Sequence record: DRR723986_4781
Length of the DNA: 61,349 nucleotides
Direction: 5' to 3' (one strand)
Part shown: piece by piece, positions 40,152 through 50,779 of the stretch
How the letters are laid out: each line of letters starts with the position of its first letter
Numbering within the stretch: position 1 is the stretch's first letter
Position numbers and translations under genes: made by a program
The notes under the pieces: model-generated
Seen by the model: only the letters and a program-made list of their open reading frames with translations
Databases searched by the model: none
What the model was told of the DNA's origin: nothing

Positions 40152-41192
40152 TTAAGCCGTCTCCGGTAAAGGACTTGCGTTCATCGCGCCGACCTTCGCA
40201 TGACTGGCAACCGCCGTCGCAGCAGTACGTCCTGAGCGAAGTGCAAGCACGATTGCAAAGCTGATGATCAGCGAACCAGTCGCCATATGAGCGGTGACAA
40301 TCATGCTTTCCCAATATCCCTTTGCCGAAATTGTATAGGAAGCAAGGGAATCCGTCATTTCCTGCCAAGGAAGTGCATAGTTTACCACCCAAGTCCCAAT
40401 CCCCAATGCTATTTGGACCACAACCAGGAAACCAAGCAGCCTAGCGGGTCGGGCAACTTGTCGCGGTACCGGGCCAAACGCCGAAATAGCCGCACAGGAC
40501 AGGGTCAAAATCAACACCAACGCGGCAAAGGTCAGGTGCATGTGGACAAACGCCATGAACAACTTTGGCGAAACAGCGCCGGTCAAATGCCTGAGCTGGG
40601 CGCCCATGATCAACTGTATGTAGGCGGCGAAGCACAGAACGATCGCGAGTCGCGTCAACCACTTACCGGAATGTTCATCAGCCTTGACCTGTGAGCGCTC
40701 ATGCCACCAGCGTGACGTCATCACGGCCGTCGCCGTTGCCATTGCGAAGAACAGTGGCCCGGTGCAGCCGTGAATCATCGCCATCGTTCGCTGGTCCAGC
40801 ACGACACGTGCTCCGCCGAGAACGCCTTGCGAAATGACGGCGGCCAGCAACAAGCCGCACCAACGCACAAACCAAACTCGCGAATCATTGCGAATGGCCA
40901 GAATCAGAACACCGATGGTCAGTAGCCCAGAAAGTGACGCCAACAGGCGGTGACTATGCTCAACCAATAAATCGAACGGCCCGAACAGCCAAGTGCTGAC
41001 CGGATAGGCAAACATGTTCCAGCCGTAAGTGCCCGGCCAATCTGGAACAGCCATGCCAGCGTCGTACGTTGTAACGAGGCCGCCAACCCAGATCAGCGGG
41101 AAACATGCAATCGTCAACGTCACGGCCAGCGCATGGAGGCCTCGGTTGTATCGAGCGCCAGTCTCTGCACTTTTTTCAACCACAGGTTTCAA
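40152..41192 (-). CDS. ctaA: Heme A synthase (COX15/CtaA)
   Basis: GGLVT..AGMAVPDWP, EHSHR, QGVLGG, His in successive TM helices. Confidence 0.9.
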   Translation of the reverse strand: MKPVVEKSAETGARYNRGLHALAVTLTIACFPLIWVGGLVTTYDAGMAVPDWPGTYGWNMFAYPVSTWLFGPFDLLVEHSHRLLASLSGLLTIGVLILAIRNDSRVWFVRWCGLLLAAVISQGVLGGARVVLDQRTMAMIHGCTGPLFFAMATATAVMTSRWWHERSQVKADEHSGKWLTRLAIVLCFAAYIQLIMGAQLRHLTGAVSPKLFMAFVHMHLTFAALVLILTLSCAAISAFGPVPRQVARPARLLGFLVVVQIALGIGTWVVNYALPWQEMTDSLASYTISAKGYWESMIVTAHMATGSLIISFAIVLALRSGRTAATAVASHAKVGAMNASPLPETA

Positions 41193-41280
41193 CCTTTTGC
41201 TATCTGACGGACCAATTCACAACCCCGCTCTGCCACAGCCACACATTGCCAACGAACATCGAAGTTCTCGGCCTAGTCGC

Positions 41281-42534
41281 TCACAGGTTCTCGTCGGGCA
41301 AACTCAGCAGAAAATTCACCAAATGCCACACCTGCTCCTGCGTCAGCCCCTGGGGATTGCGAGGCTGCATGGCGGCGGCGGGCATCGGCGTTCCGTCAAT
41401 GCCGTTTACAATTCGCAAATACAAATCAACCGGCCGCGAACCACCTCGATAAACGCCCGACCGAAGATTGCGAGGCAAAATGTTTCGAGGCTTATGAGCA
41501 CCCAGGTCGATCATCTCACGGACCGCATCTTTGTCTTTGGGGTCAATCGCAACCGATGTCGTCCACTCTTTCGTCCAGTTGTCGTAGTCAGACATTTGCC
41601 CATCGCCCATTCCGGTCGGCCCATGACAACTGGCACAATTGGCGACTTTCCCATGGTAGATGTCACGACCTTGAGCGACAGAATCCACCAAAGCGGCTTG
41701 AACGGCCGAATCATCGGAGCCATAGTCGCGGCTGTACAGCGGTAGCCCCTCTGGTGGCCCCTCCACCTCAGGTGCATAGCCCTGAACTTCTGACCATTCG
41801 TCAGCCACATCCGTTACGTAGCCTTCGATGATCGACAGTTGCTCCTTAAATTCTTCCGGTGCACTTTCCTGCTGGCTTAGATCAAACAGCCGGTCGCCGT
41901 CGGCAAAGTCTAGTTCGAAAGCGGCTTCGTTGATCAGCTCGCGTTCAACCTGCCCTCGAATACTCAAGTAGGTCAAGTAGTCAGCCAGCGCGTCCAGATC
42001 TTCGGGCTTGAGCAGCCGGAACGAAGGCATACTCGTGCCAGGAATCCCCTCCTGCAATGTCCGTAACAAATCCTCACGCGATGGTGGTTCGCCGATCTCT
42101 GTCGATTTGAATTTGAATATCGCCGGACGAAAATCTCGCGGATAAGGGTTGAGTAGTCGACTGGTCGGCCCCCTGCCATCACCGGTAATGCCGTGGCAAA
42201 ACACGCAGTGCTCGCGGTACAGCCCGACGTGCCGATCCTCTTCGTCGCTCCGGACCGGCCCAGCGGCTCGCTCCAGTTGCTCGATATCGACCAGCCGCTG
42301 GTAGGGATCTTGCCGGAGCACCTCCGGCCACTTCGGAGCATCAGGCGTACCGAAGAGATGCGTCACCGCTGCGGCCACGTCCTGCTCAGCCCCATCCAGC
42401 TCGACGCCCTCATTCAGCTCCATAGTTCGGATATAGAGCCGGTTGGTGTCGAAGCTGGCCAAGGGCGCATCGCAGCCTGCGAAGATCAGCAGCAACAGGG
42501 CCTGAGTGACTATCAAAGCTCGGATGAATGACAT
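41281..42534 (-). CDS. Di-heme cytochrome c lipoprotein
   Basis: Lipobox IFAGC; CVFCH and CASCH; PRDF, GTSMP, GTPMP. Confidence 0.9.
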   Translation of the reverse strand: MSFIRALIVTQALLLLIFAGCDAPLASFDTNRLYIRTMELNEGVELDGAEQDVAAAVTHLFGTPDAPKWPEVLRQDPYQRLVDIEQLERAAGPVRSDEEDRHVGLYREHCVFCHGITGDGRGPTSRLLNPYPRDFRPAIFKFKSTEIGEPPSREDLLRTLQEGIPGTSMPSFRLLKPEDLDALADYLTYLSIRGQVERELINEAAFELDFADGDRLFDLSQQESAPEEFKEQLSIIEGYVTDVADEWSEVQGYAPEVEGPPEGLPLYSRDYGSDDSAVQAALVDSVAQGRDIYHGKVANCASCHGPTGMGDGQMSDYDNWTKEWTTSVAIDPKDKDAVREMIDLGAHKPRNILPRNLRSGVYRGGSRPVDLYLRIVNGIDGTPMPAAAMQPRNPQGLTQEQVWHLVNFLLSLPDENL

Positions 42535-42865
42535 GTTTTCGCTTGACCGAAACCAATAAACAACGATTTCCCACCCAATACAGCCGGCCCAGGTGCGTTT
42601 TCTCCTCTGCAGGGCCCGGAGCCTACCTACTAAACCATCGAACCGACGCGTTCGCAACGCGAAATCTGACAAAGAATTCTGGGGCAAACGGTCGCGGCGG
42701 ACTTCGAGGGGCCTAAAATCGGTACACCTCCAGCATGTTGCCGCCTGCGAGCCAGGGTAGAAACGCCTCGGGCTGGAAACTCCCAAGGGCCGAATGGATC
42801 GACTCTAGAAGTATTGAGCCACGATAACCAACTCCGCAAGCCAACGTCTGCAAGTGAGACATGGA

Positions 42866-43477
42866 ATGAACGAACCCGCCAGCTCGACTCAGCTCAGCCT
42901 GCTCAGCCGCGCCGCACGACGTGATTCGGCCGCATGGCGTCAAGTCGTCGATTTGTACGGGCCACTCATTCTTCATTGGTGCAGAAAAAGCGGTCTCAGG
43001 CCCGACATCTCGGCCGATTGCATGCAAGAAGTCTTTGCTGCAGTACTCAAGGCACTGCCACGATTCCAGCCAACCCGCGAGCACGGTTCTTTTCGCGCCT
43101 GGCTGTGGACGATCACCAAGCGAAAGATAATCGACACAGTCAGCGCCGAACACAAGCAGGCCACAAGTCGCGGTGGCAGCACGGCCATGTCGCTGCTGAA
43201 TAAAGTGAGCGATCACGAACAAACCAGCGCGGTTCACATCTTCGATGAAGAGCCAACTGGCGAGCAGCAGCTCAAGAGCATTACAGCTCGCGCGATGCGG
43301 CAGATCGAACCAGATTTCTCAAAGCGTTCGTGGTCAATTTTCAACCGCTGCGTAATTGATCAAATCGATACCGCCGAGGTTGCCAAGGAGTTTGGCATTA
43401 CCGCCGCAGCCGTTCGTCAAACACGTTCCCGCATTCTCCGCCGACTCCGCAGTCAGCTCGGCGACATCGATTCATAG
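42866..43477 (+). CDS. ECF sigma factor (Planctomycete kinase-associated type)
   Basis: STQLSLL..A, AWRQVVDLYGP, QEVF, GSFRAWLWTIT, AVRQTRSRILRRLR. Confidence 0.9.
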   Translation: MNEPASSTQLSLLSRAARRDSAAWRQVVDLYGPLILHWCRKSGLRPDISADCMQEVFAAVLKALPRFQPTREHGSFRAWLWTITKRKIIDTVSAEHKQATSRGGSTAMSLLNKVSDHEQTSAVHIFDEEPTGEQQLKSITARAMRQIEPDFSKRSWSIFNRCVIDQIDTAEVAKEFGITAAAVRQTRSRILRRLRSQLGDIDS

Positions 43478-43498
43478 AACCCGTCCGGCAGTGAAACT

Positions 43499-43564
43499 GT
43501 AGGTTGGGTGAAACCCCACCAAGCCGCACCAAAAGATGTCCGTGGTGAGTTTCACTCACACTAC
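43499..43564. repeat. Inverted pair of GTAG REP-like palindromes (family B)
   Basis: GTAG-GTTGGGTGAAACCCCACCA on + and GTAG-TGTGAGTGAAACTCACCA on -; third copy at 52443-52464. Confidence 0.75.
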
Positions 43565-43603
43565 ATGGAGATGCAACAGAAGCACCTGCGCGCTGGCCGG
43601 CGA

Positions 43604-46600
43604 TCATTCGCCAGCTAACCCCATCCCTTTTGAAAGTTTGTCACGCAGCTCATCGTCCGCCTTGTCATAGATGGCGGCGAGCGCGATGCATGTTTTTACA
43701 AAGAACGTTCTGTCGACACCGTCATCACCAACCAGCTCACTGACCTTTACCACGAAACGCTTGGGGCGCTGTGCGACCTCCGAACTGGCCGCAACTAACT
43801 CCCTAGCTTGAGATTCAAGCCAGTTCTGATATTCATCTGCAGGGTAGGCTTGCTCCGCTAGCGAGATTGCAACCAACAACGGAATACTAACGTGAGCGTC
43901 TATGCCAATCAGAACACTGCAGCCAAGAACATGCACCTCGTTCGGCAGACGACTTGGCGCATAACTTAGTTGATCGACACCAGCTAGCTGCGCTCTATGC
44001 CCGCTGAAGGCCTTAAGAAACGACTCCACAACACCCTCAAGTTCCTGGGAGCTCAACCCAAGTTGGCCACTTTCGAACCGCTTGCGCAATTCGACCAGCA
44101 CGTCAGCCGCTTCAACGATCTGCTCTGCCTTGTTCTTCGAAAGATCACGATCGTGAATCATCGCAACGGCTCGACGGGCAACCTCACTGGCCCAAGGGGC
44201 CTTCATCGCGGCGAGTCGATCGACTCTGGTGATCCCCGAACCGGCCGGACCGGCGGCCGGAAACCACGTTTGATCAGAAACCACGTCGCTGCTTCGAAGC
44301 ATCTCAAACACTGGATGATCGGCCTGCCCATTCTCTTCGGAGAACCCGAACGTTGCGTGTTCGTTGAGTGCTGTGAAGAACGTATCGAAAACCACCTGCA
44401 CCAACTCCGGTTGTTCACCCGAGAGCACCTCTGATTCGATCCATCCCAGGACCGGCGACATCTGCTCAGGTGTTTCGTCGTTGTTTGTAAATAACATCCA
44501 CTGCAGCATTCGCTTCTTTTGTTCAATGGAACAATTCGGTCGCTCGAACTCCCCTAGTAACAACTCGTAGTACTCTTCATTGGTTTCTGTTGTTCTTCGA
44601 AGCAATGCAGCCAACATCCACTCGTCCCCAGATGAATTCTTCAGGCTAACCAGCGCCGCTTCACGAACCAGCTCGGCCGCCCGAGGATCGTAGGTTGCCT
44701 GGATCGCATTCATCGCTTTCATCATGGCTTCATAGCTTCGTTCTCTCGCCAGCAAATCAATCCACTCGCCGAGTGGCTTTCCATCGTAGAGGGCTTGATC
44801 CCAGTTTTTCTGAGGCGAGATCGCTGCCGTGTCATCGCGATCACGACGCTTCTGCCAACTGGGATTGGGAGTCGAGAAGTCCCGAAACACTTCGATCCCA
44901 GGATCCTTAAATTGCGTACTGTAGAGATCATTAAGCATCGCTTCGGCACCGTCGACGGTTAAGCCACGAACACTGACTGGCGCAAGCTGCAACGGTTCGA
45001 TCATCAAATCGGCTTGAACAACCAGGCGTGCCTGCACGGTGTCGTCGACCAGTGAATGAACCAGCAGTGCATCTCCGGGCTGAAGAGTTGCGGTCGAAGC
45101 TGGTGGGACAAAATCAGCCATCGCATTCAAGCCAGAGAATCCACGCCGCAAAGAGATAGCTGGATTCTTGATGATTTGCATGGCAGAATCCTCAAGCCGC
45201 TTCTCGAACTCGGCAACTGTCATCCCGGATGCATCGAGTGTTCCGACAAGTGGAAACTTGGCTGTGCCGTCGGCCTGCACCACAGCGGTGCAGTTCAAGT
45301 ATTCGTCATTTAGACATTGGACTTCCAGCCGATCTCCGGGTTTGAGCGGACTGGATGATGCAGGCAATCGCCCACTCGCCTCACTGATGGCACCTGGCCT
45401 GTTGGGTTTTCGCAATCGCACTCGAGCAATTTTCGTTTCGCCACGGCTCAGCGTAAAGGCTCCGTCGACCACTTCCACCTTATCGCTGCCTTCACTCAGA
45501 CGCACTTCATAGCTTCCTGCAAACAACCGGGTCTTCTCGGGAGACGCTGACACAGTCAACTCGCGGTCCTCCCTGCCGTCCTGCACGATGGTCACCTGAA
45601 CGCCAGGCACATCCGATTCAATCACCAACTCGCCCTTCTGCGTCTCGATGGTGAACAGGATACCCGCCGCGATGAGCGCCAGCATTGAAGCCCCCGCCAG
45701 TACGCGAGTCCAGAAACCGCTGTGATTGACCGTCGATTCACTGTGTCCGTCGACCAATGCCACCGTCGCGAATCCAGCAGCGCTCATCGCGCCTTGGTCT
45801 TCTTGTGCGGTAACGTCCATCGCTTCGGACACTAGAGTGGCCAATCCATCATCGCCAGTCCAGGGCTCCAGCAACTCTGCCACATGAGCCGCGCTGGGCG
45901 GGCGATCCTCGGGATGTCTAGCAAGGAGCGAATCAACCAACTGCACCAATCCCTGCGGACACTCAGGACAAAGCGTCGCGAGGCTAGGCGGCGAATGCAT
46001 AGCCAACAGACGCAACTTGGTGATCGGCGACAGTGTCGGCGACGCAGCCAGCGGCGTGCGGCCGGTAAGCATGCGAAAGAGGGTCGCGCCCAACCCGTAC
46101 AAGTCGGCTCGATAGTCAACCGTCTCAGGCGATTCGGCCTGCTCGGGTGCCATATAGTCCAGCGTGCCCATCAATTGGCCAACGGTCGTCAACTCGGCCG
46201 TCGTTCCATCCCACAAAGAGGTGGTTGCGAGTCCGAAATCCAGAAGCTTGATGTCGCCGTCGACAGAAATCATCACATTCGATGGCTTTATGTCACGATG
46301 CACAATTCCTTTCGCGTGAGCGTAAGTCAGCGCCAAGGCAACTTGTCGTCCAACCTCACAGGCATGCCGGACACTTAGCGGTCCACCCATGGCCGCAAGC
46401 AGCTTGCTAACGTCCAAACCATCGACCAGCTCCATTGCTAAGTAATGCGCCTGAGGGCATTCACCAGCATCGGTAGCTTGAACGATTGCGGGATGCGACA
46501 AACTCCCTGCCGCCCGCATTTCACGCTCGAACCGAGCCGCGAACGCTTCGCTACGAAAAGCCGTCGCTGGCAACAGCTTGAGTGCAAAGCGTTTGTCCAG

Positions 46601-47047
46601 TCGCGTATGCCGCGCCTCGAAGACTGCCCCCATGCCTCCTCGCCCGATCGGACGAATCAGCTCATAGTCCCCGATCCTCTCACTGGAATCGATAGACCGC
46701 GCGACGAGATTCTGCCCAGAAGCCGCACCATCGTCATTGCCGCTTTCATGCACAAGCTGCTTGGCTGCCTCCAAAACGTGTGCCTGATCCCCAGGCCACT
46801 CCAAATCGCAGTGATCACTTACGGCGGGCGAAGAACTGGGCTCAGCGTCACTCGCTGCCGCACGCGAACAACTCGCCTGAACGTACGCCACCAACGTATC
46901 CGACTCGCCCTCCAAAGCTGCCAACGTTTGCTCGCATGCCTGGCACTCGGAAAGATGGGATTCGATCCGTGAACTGCTGGGCTCGTCAGTCCAACCGGCC
47001 AGATACTCTTTTAAAGTAGATTCGTTGTAGCACGCCATGGAATTCAT
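43604..47047 (-). CDS. Membrane Ser/Thr protein kinase with N-terminal anti-sigma zinc finger and two Poly_export (Wza-like) domains
   Basis: HLSECQAC; GRGGMG, ALK, HRDIKPSN, DFG, YMAPEQ; TM helix; LKPGDRLEV...VQADG...PLVG...GMT..E and a second repeat LQPGDALLV. Confidence 0.9.
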   Translation of the reverse strand: MNSMACYNESTLKEYLAGWTDEPSSSRIESHLSECQACEQTLAALEGESDTLVAYVQASCSRAAASDAEPSSSPAVSDHCDLEWPGDQAHVLEAAKQLVHESGNDDGAASGQNLVARSIDSSERIGDYELIRPIGRGGMGAVFEARHTRLDKRFALKLLPATAFRSEAFAARFEREMRAAGSLSHPAIVQATDAGECPQAHYLAMELVDGLDVSKLLAAMGGPLSVRHACEVGRQVALALTYAHAKGIVHRDIKPSNVMISVDGDIKLLDFGLATTSLWDGTTAELTTVGQLMGTLDYMAPEQAESPETVDYRADLYGLGATLFRMLTGRTPLAASPTLSPITKLRLLAMHSPPSLATLCPECPQGLVQLVDSLLARHPEDRPPSAAHVAELLEPWTGDDGLATLVSEAMDVTAQEDQGAMSAAGFATVALVDGHSESTVNHSGFWTRVLAGASMLALIAAGILFTIETQKGELVIESDVPGVQVTIVQDGREDRELTVSASPEKTRLFAGSYEVRLSEGSDKVEVVDGAFTLSRGETKIARVRLRKPNRPGAISEASGRLPASSSPLKPGDRLEVQCLNDEYLNCTAVVQADGTAKFPLVGTLDASGMTVAEFEKRLEDSAMQIIKNPAISLRRGFSGLNAMADFVPPASTATLQPGDALLVHSLVDDTVQARLVVQADLMIEPLQLAPVSVRGLTVDGAEAMLNDLYSTQFKDPGIEVFRDFSTPNPSWQKRRDRDDTAAISPQKNWDQALYDGKPLGEWIDLLARERSYEAMMKAMNAIQATYDPRAAELVREAALVSLKNSSGDEWMLAALLRRTTETNEEYYELLLGEFERPNCSIEQKKRMLQWMLFTNNDETPEQMSPVLGWIESEVLSGEQPELVQVVFDTFFTALNEHATFGFSEENGQADHPVFEMLRSSDVVSDQTWFPAAGPAGSGITRVDRLAAMKAPWASEVARRAVAMIHDRDLSKNKAEQIVEAADVLVELRKRFESGQLGLSSQELEGVVESFLKAFSGHRAQLAGVDQLSYAPSRLPNEVHVLGCSVLIGIDAHVSIPLLVAISLAEQAYPADEYQNWLESQARELVAASSEVAQRPKRFVVKVSELVGDDGVDRTFFVKTCIALAAIYDKADDELRDKLSKGMGLAGE

Positions 47048-47284
47048 TGTATCTGCCTCGAATTTGCAGTGTTCTTGTTCTGAAACATCCGCTCGGAGAA
47101 TGAACGAAAGTGCCACAGGACTAGAACAGGCGGCGCGTGACAGAAAAATTTGTTGCCGCGAAGAAAAAACGGCGTTCCGCCTCGTTGCGGCATCAAGAAT
47201 TCTCTGCCTGAACTTGAGGTCCAACTAGGATAGAACGACCAGGCAAAACCGCGTGGCGATTTAGTCGACACGCTGGCAACAGTA

Positions 47285-47402
47285 GTGAGCCGCTGATCGC
47301 CAGGCCCTGAACAGTGAGCCGCTGGCCGTCAGGCCACGGGTTTTGCTATGCGGTGTCCCAGCGCTGCACCCCATGCCCGGCCGCTTACGCGTCGCGGCTC
47401 AC
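47285..47402. repeat. REP-like composite palindromic repeat (family C)
   Basis: GTGAGCCGCTGGCCGTCAGGCCACGGG ... CCCGGCCGCTTACGCGTCGCGGCTCAC; both units recur inverted at 54967-55047. Confidence 0.8.
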
Positions 47403-47455
47403 TAAGCCGACAGGCTGAAAAGTGTCGTTCCTTCCAAAAGTATCTGAGATCCCCA

Positions 47456-50400
47456 ATGCTCAAGTCCGCACCGTCATCCCGCTGGCTTTTACAATTCGCT
47501 CACCTATGCTGCTTGTGGCTCCTTTCCCCAAGTGCGCACGCACTGATTGCAGCAGAGCCGAACACAGATAACGACCTGAACGCGAAGTACTCGGTCGTGA
47601 AGTGGCGGTGCATCGGACCGTTTCGCGGAGGTCGATCGGTTTGCGCATCAGGCGTTACAACTGACTCGCAAACCTACTTCATGGGTACGACCGGTGGTGG
47701 TCTGTGGAAGACAACCGACGCGGGGCAACACTGGAAGAACGTCTCCGATGGTTTCTTCAAAACTGGATCCGTCGGAGCGGTCGCTGTCTCGGAAAGCGAT
47801 CCCAACGTTGTCTATGTTGGTATGGGCGAGCACGCACCGCGAGGCGTGATGACTTCGCACGGCGACGGCGTCTACAAATCAACCGACTCAGGAAAGACAT
47901 GGCAACACTTGGGTCTAACTGAGACTCAGCACATCGCCCGCATCGTTATTCACCCGAAAGATCCGGATATCGTTTTCGTCGCCGCCCAAGGTGCACTGTA
48001 CGGGCCATCGCAGCAACGCGGCATCTTCAAATCAACCGACGGCGGCCAGAATTGGGAACGTGTCCTGTTCGTCAACGAACTAACCGGTTGTTCGGAGCTA
48101 TCGATCGACTTCAGCAACCCACGCGTGCTCTACGCTACGATGTGGGAGCATCAACGCAAACCATGGAAGATCATCAGCGGTGGCAAAGGCAGCGGAGTTT
48201 ACAAGTCCACCGATGCGGGTGCGACCTGGGAGAAAATCGAAGAGGGGCTGCCTGAGGAAAAGGGCAAGATGGCCATCGCTGTCTCTCGCTCCAACCCCGA
48301 CAAGGTTTACGCGCTGGTTGAAAGCGATAGCCAGCAAGAAAAGGGCGGACTGTTCGTTTCCTCTGACGGCGGTAAGACCTGGAAACGACGCAGCAAAGAT
48401 CACCGACTGATTCAAAGAGCATGGTACTACACCGAAGTCTTCATCGATCCCAATGACGAAGAAACTGTGTACGTGTTAAGCGCCCCCGCGCTGCGATCGA
48501 TCGATGGCGGCAAAAGCTGGGAGACGCTTTCTGGCACGCACGGTGACTACCATGATTTGTGGATCAATCCCAACGATTCGCGCAACATCGTGATTGCCAA
48601 CGATGGCGGAGCCGCAATCAGTTTCAACTACGGCAAAAGTTGGTCGCGCCAAGACAACATGCCGACGGCTCAGTTCTATCGGGTCAACGTTGACAACCAA
48701 TTCCCGTACCGAGTTTACGGAGGACAGCAAGACAATTCATCGGTATCAATCGCCAACATGGAACTGGGCAGTGGAGGCATTTCAACTCGCAGTTGGACCG
48801 CTTCGGCAGGCGGCGAGAGCGCCTTCCTTGCATTCGACCCGGACAACCCGCGTTATGTGATGGGTGGCAGCTATCTTGGCACGATCGAAGTGCTCGACAC
48901 CGATGCAGTGGCCAGCACAAACATTATGTCCGCTCCGATCCAGTACCTTGGCCGCGCGGCGCGTGACATGCGATATCTGTTCAACTGGAACGCTCCAATC
49001 ATCTGGAGCCAGCACGAGCCGAACACCTACTACCACGCCGCCCAGTACCTCTTGAGAACAGACGACCTCGGCAAGACCTGGACTGAAGTATCGCCCGATC
49101 TGACGCGTAACCAAGACAACAAGCAAGGAAAAGGCGGCGGTCCGCTCACGGTGGAAGCTGTTGGGGCTGAGAATTACGGAACAATCAGCTACATCGCCGA
49201 ATCACCACACGAAAAAGGCGTACTGTGGACGGGCAGCGATGATGGGCTCGTCCAATTGACCAGAAATGGCGGTAAAGACTGGACAGACGTTACGCCTCAG
49301 GATCTCGAGGAGTGTTTGATCAACGCTATTGAGGTCTCACCGCATGACCCAGCGACCGTTTACATCGCCACCACGCGCTACAAGTTCGACGACAAGCGGC
49401 CCGGGATCTACAAAACAACCGATTACGGCCAAACTTGGCAAAAGATCGTCACTGGAATACCTGACGGCGCCTTCACCCGCGTCGTTCGCGAAGACAACAT
49501 TCGCAAGGGACTGCTATTCGCCGGGACAGAAACAGGTCTGTTCGTGTCGTTCAACGGCGGTGACGAGTGGAAGCCATTTCAATTGAACTTGCCAGTGACA
49601 CCGATCCTCGATCTCGCTGTGCGGCACGGTGATCTGATTGCCGCGACCTCGGGCCGATCGTTCTGGATACTCGACGATTTGTCGCTCATTCGTCAACACG
49701 ACGCAACCGAGCAAGACTTCGACCTATACGATTCTGCCCCAAGCATGCTATCGAATCATGGCAGCGAACTGAGCTCCACAAGCGATGACTTCACCGGCGC
49801 TCATCCACTTCGCGGCGTAAACCCGGCAAATGGAGTTGTTATCTACTACACGCTTCCCAAACTCGACGACGATGAAGACATTACGCTTGAGATTACGGAC
49901 TCATCTGGTGCACAAGTTGTGAAGTTCTCATCCAAGAAAGACGAAGCGTTCGAGAAGTATGCCGGCGGACCTCCTGCGCCATCGACTCTCCCGAAGGAGG
50001 AGGGATTGAACCGTTTCGTATGGAACATGCGGCACAAGACCATGCCAGGCATCCCCAAGGCCTACATCGAAGCCAGCTATCGCGGACATAAAGTCAGTCC
50101 GGGAAACTACACAATCAAGCTCACCAAGGGCGAAGAATCGCTGGAATCGTCCATCGAGATCACCGCGAATCCACTCTATGGCACAACGCCGGCGGAGTAC
50201 GCTGAGTACGACCAGTTCATGTCTGAGATGGAAGAGGAGCTGACCACGATGCATACGCTGACCAATCGACTGCACCGAGCGCAGTCACAGATTACCAGCT
50301 TGCTTGAGTCACTTCCGGACGAAAAGAAGCTGACGAAACTGAAGGAATCTGGCGAGAAACTTTCGGAGCAACTGAAAGCTTGGGACGAGGAAATGGTACA

Positions 50401-50659
50401 GCGGAAATCGAAGGCCTACGATGACGTTGAGAACTTCCCGAACAAATTTACCGCTGAGTACCTGTTTCTGATCAACCAGACCGAAAGCGACATTCCACGA
50501 GTAACCCAAGGCTCCCGCGATCGCCGGGCCGAGCTTGATTCCGAGTGGAAGGAACTCAAGCAGCGTGGTCGGCAGTTGCTCGACACCGACATCCCCAAGT
50601 TCAACCGCATGCTCTGGTCCAACAAGATCGGCGCCATCTGGGCCATGGACACCCCGTAG
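47456..50659 (+). CDS. Secreted BNR/Asp-box (Vps10/sortilin-like) glycoside hydrolase-like protein
   Basis: [11 protein letters not shown], many S.D.G.TW Asp-boxes, GGQQDN, C-terminal helical region. Confidence 0.88.
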   Translation: MLKSAPSSRWLLQFAHLCCLWLLSPSAHALIAAEPNTDNDLNAKYSVVKWRCIGPFRGGRSVCASGVTTDSQTYFMGTTGGGLWKTTDAGQHWKNVSDGFFKTGSVGAVAVSESDPNVVYVGMGEHAPRGVMTSHGDGVYKSTDSGKTWQHLGLTETQHIARIVIHPKDPDIVFVAAQGALYGPSQQRGIFKSTDGGQNWERVLFVNELTGCSELSIDFSNPRVLYATMWEHQRKPWKIISGGKGSGVYKSTDAGATWEKIEEGLPEEKGKMAIAVSRSNPDKVYALVESDSQQEKGGLFVSSDGGKTWKRRSKDHRLIQRAWYYTEVFIDPNDEETVYVLSAPALRSIDGGKSWETLSGTHGDYHDLWINPNDSRNIVIANDGGAAISFNYGKSWSRQDNMPTAQFYRVNVDNQFPYRVYGGQQDNSSVSIANMELGSGGISTRSWTASAGGESAFLAFDPDNPRYVMGGSYLGTIEVLDTDAVASTNIMSAPIQYLGRAARDMRYLFNWNAPIIWSQHEPNTYYHAAQYLLRTDDLGKTWTEVSPDLTRNQDNKQGKGGGPLTVEAVGAENYGTISYIAESPHEKGVLWTGSDDGLVQLTRNGGKDWTDVTPQDLEECLINAIEVSPHDPATVYIATTRYKFDDKRPGIYKTTDYGQTWQKIVTGIPDGAFTRVVREDNIRKGLLFAGTETGLFVSFNGGDEWKPFQLNLPVTPILDLAVRHGDLIAATSGRSFWILDDLSLIRQHDATEQDFDLYDSAPSMLSNHGSELSSTSDDFTGAHPLRGVNPANGVVIYYTLPKLDDDEDITLEITDSSGAQVVKFSSKKDEAFEKYAGGPPAPSTLPKEEGLNRFVWNMRHKTMPGIPKAYIEASYRGHKVSPGNYTIKLTKGEESLESSIEITANPLYGTTPAEYAEYDQFMSEMEEELTTMHTLTNRLHRAQSQITSLLESLPDEKKLTKLKESGEKLSEQLKAWDEEMVQRKSKAYDDVENFPNKFTAEYLFLINQTESDIPRVTQGSRDRRAELDSEWKELKQRGRQLLDTDIPKFNRMLWSNKIGAIWAMDTP

Positions 50660-50779
50660 TGCAGGCTGCCAGCCTGCAATTCTTATGTGCCAATTCGTAC
50701 GTCGTAAAGTCGAGATCGTGAGTCTTAAAGCTTAATTTTCATAGTCTCGCTTGAAAAACAGGCTGGCAGCCTGTTCTAC
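50656..50779. repeat. Inverted pair of GTAG REP-like palindromes (family A) between convergent genes
   Basis: GTAG-TGCAGGCTGCCAGCCTGCA on + and GTAG-AACAGGCTGCCAGCCTGTT on -. Confidence 0.8.
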
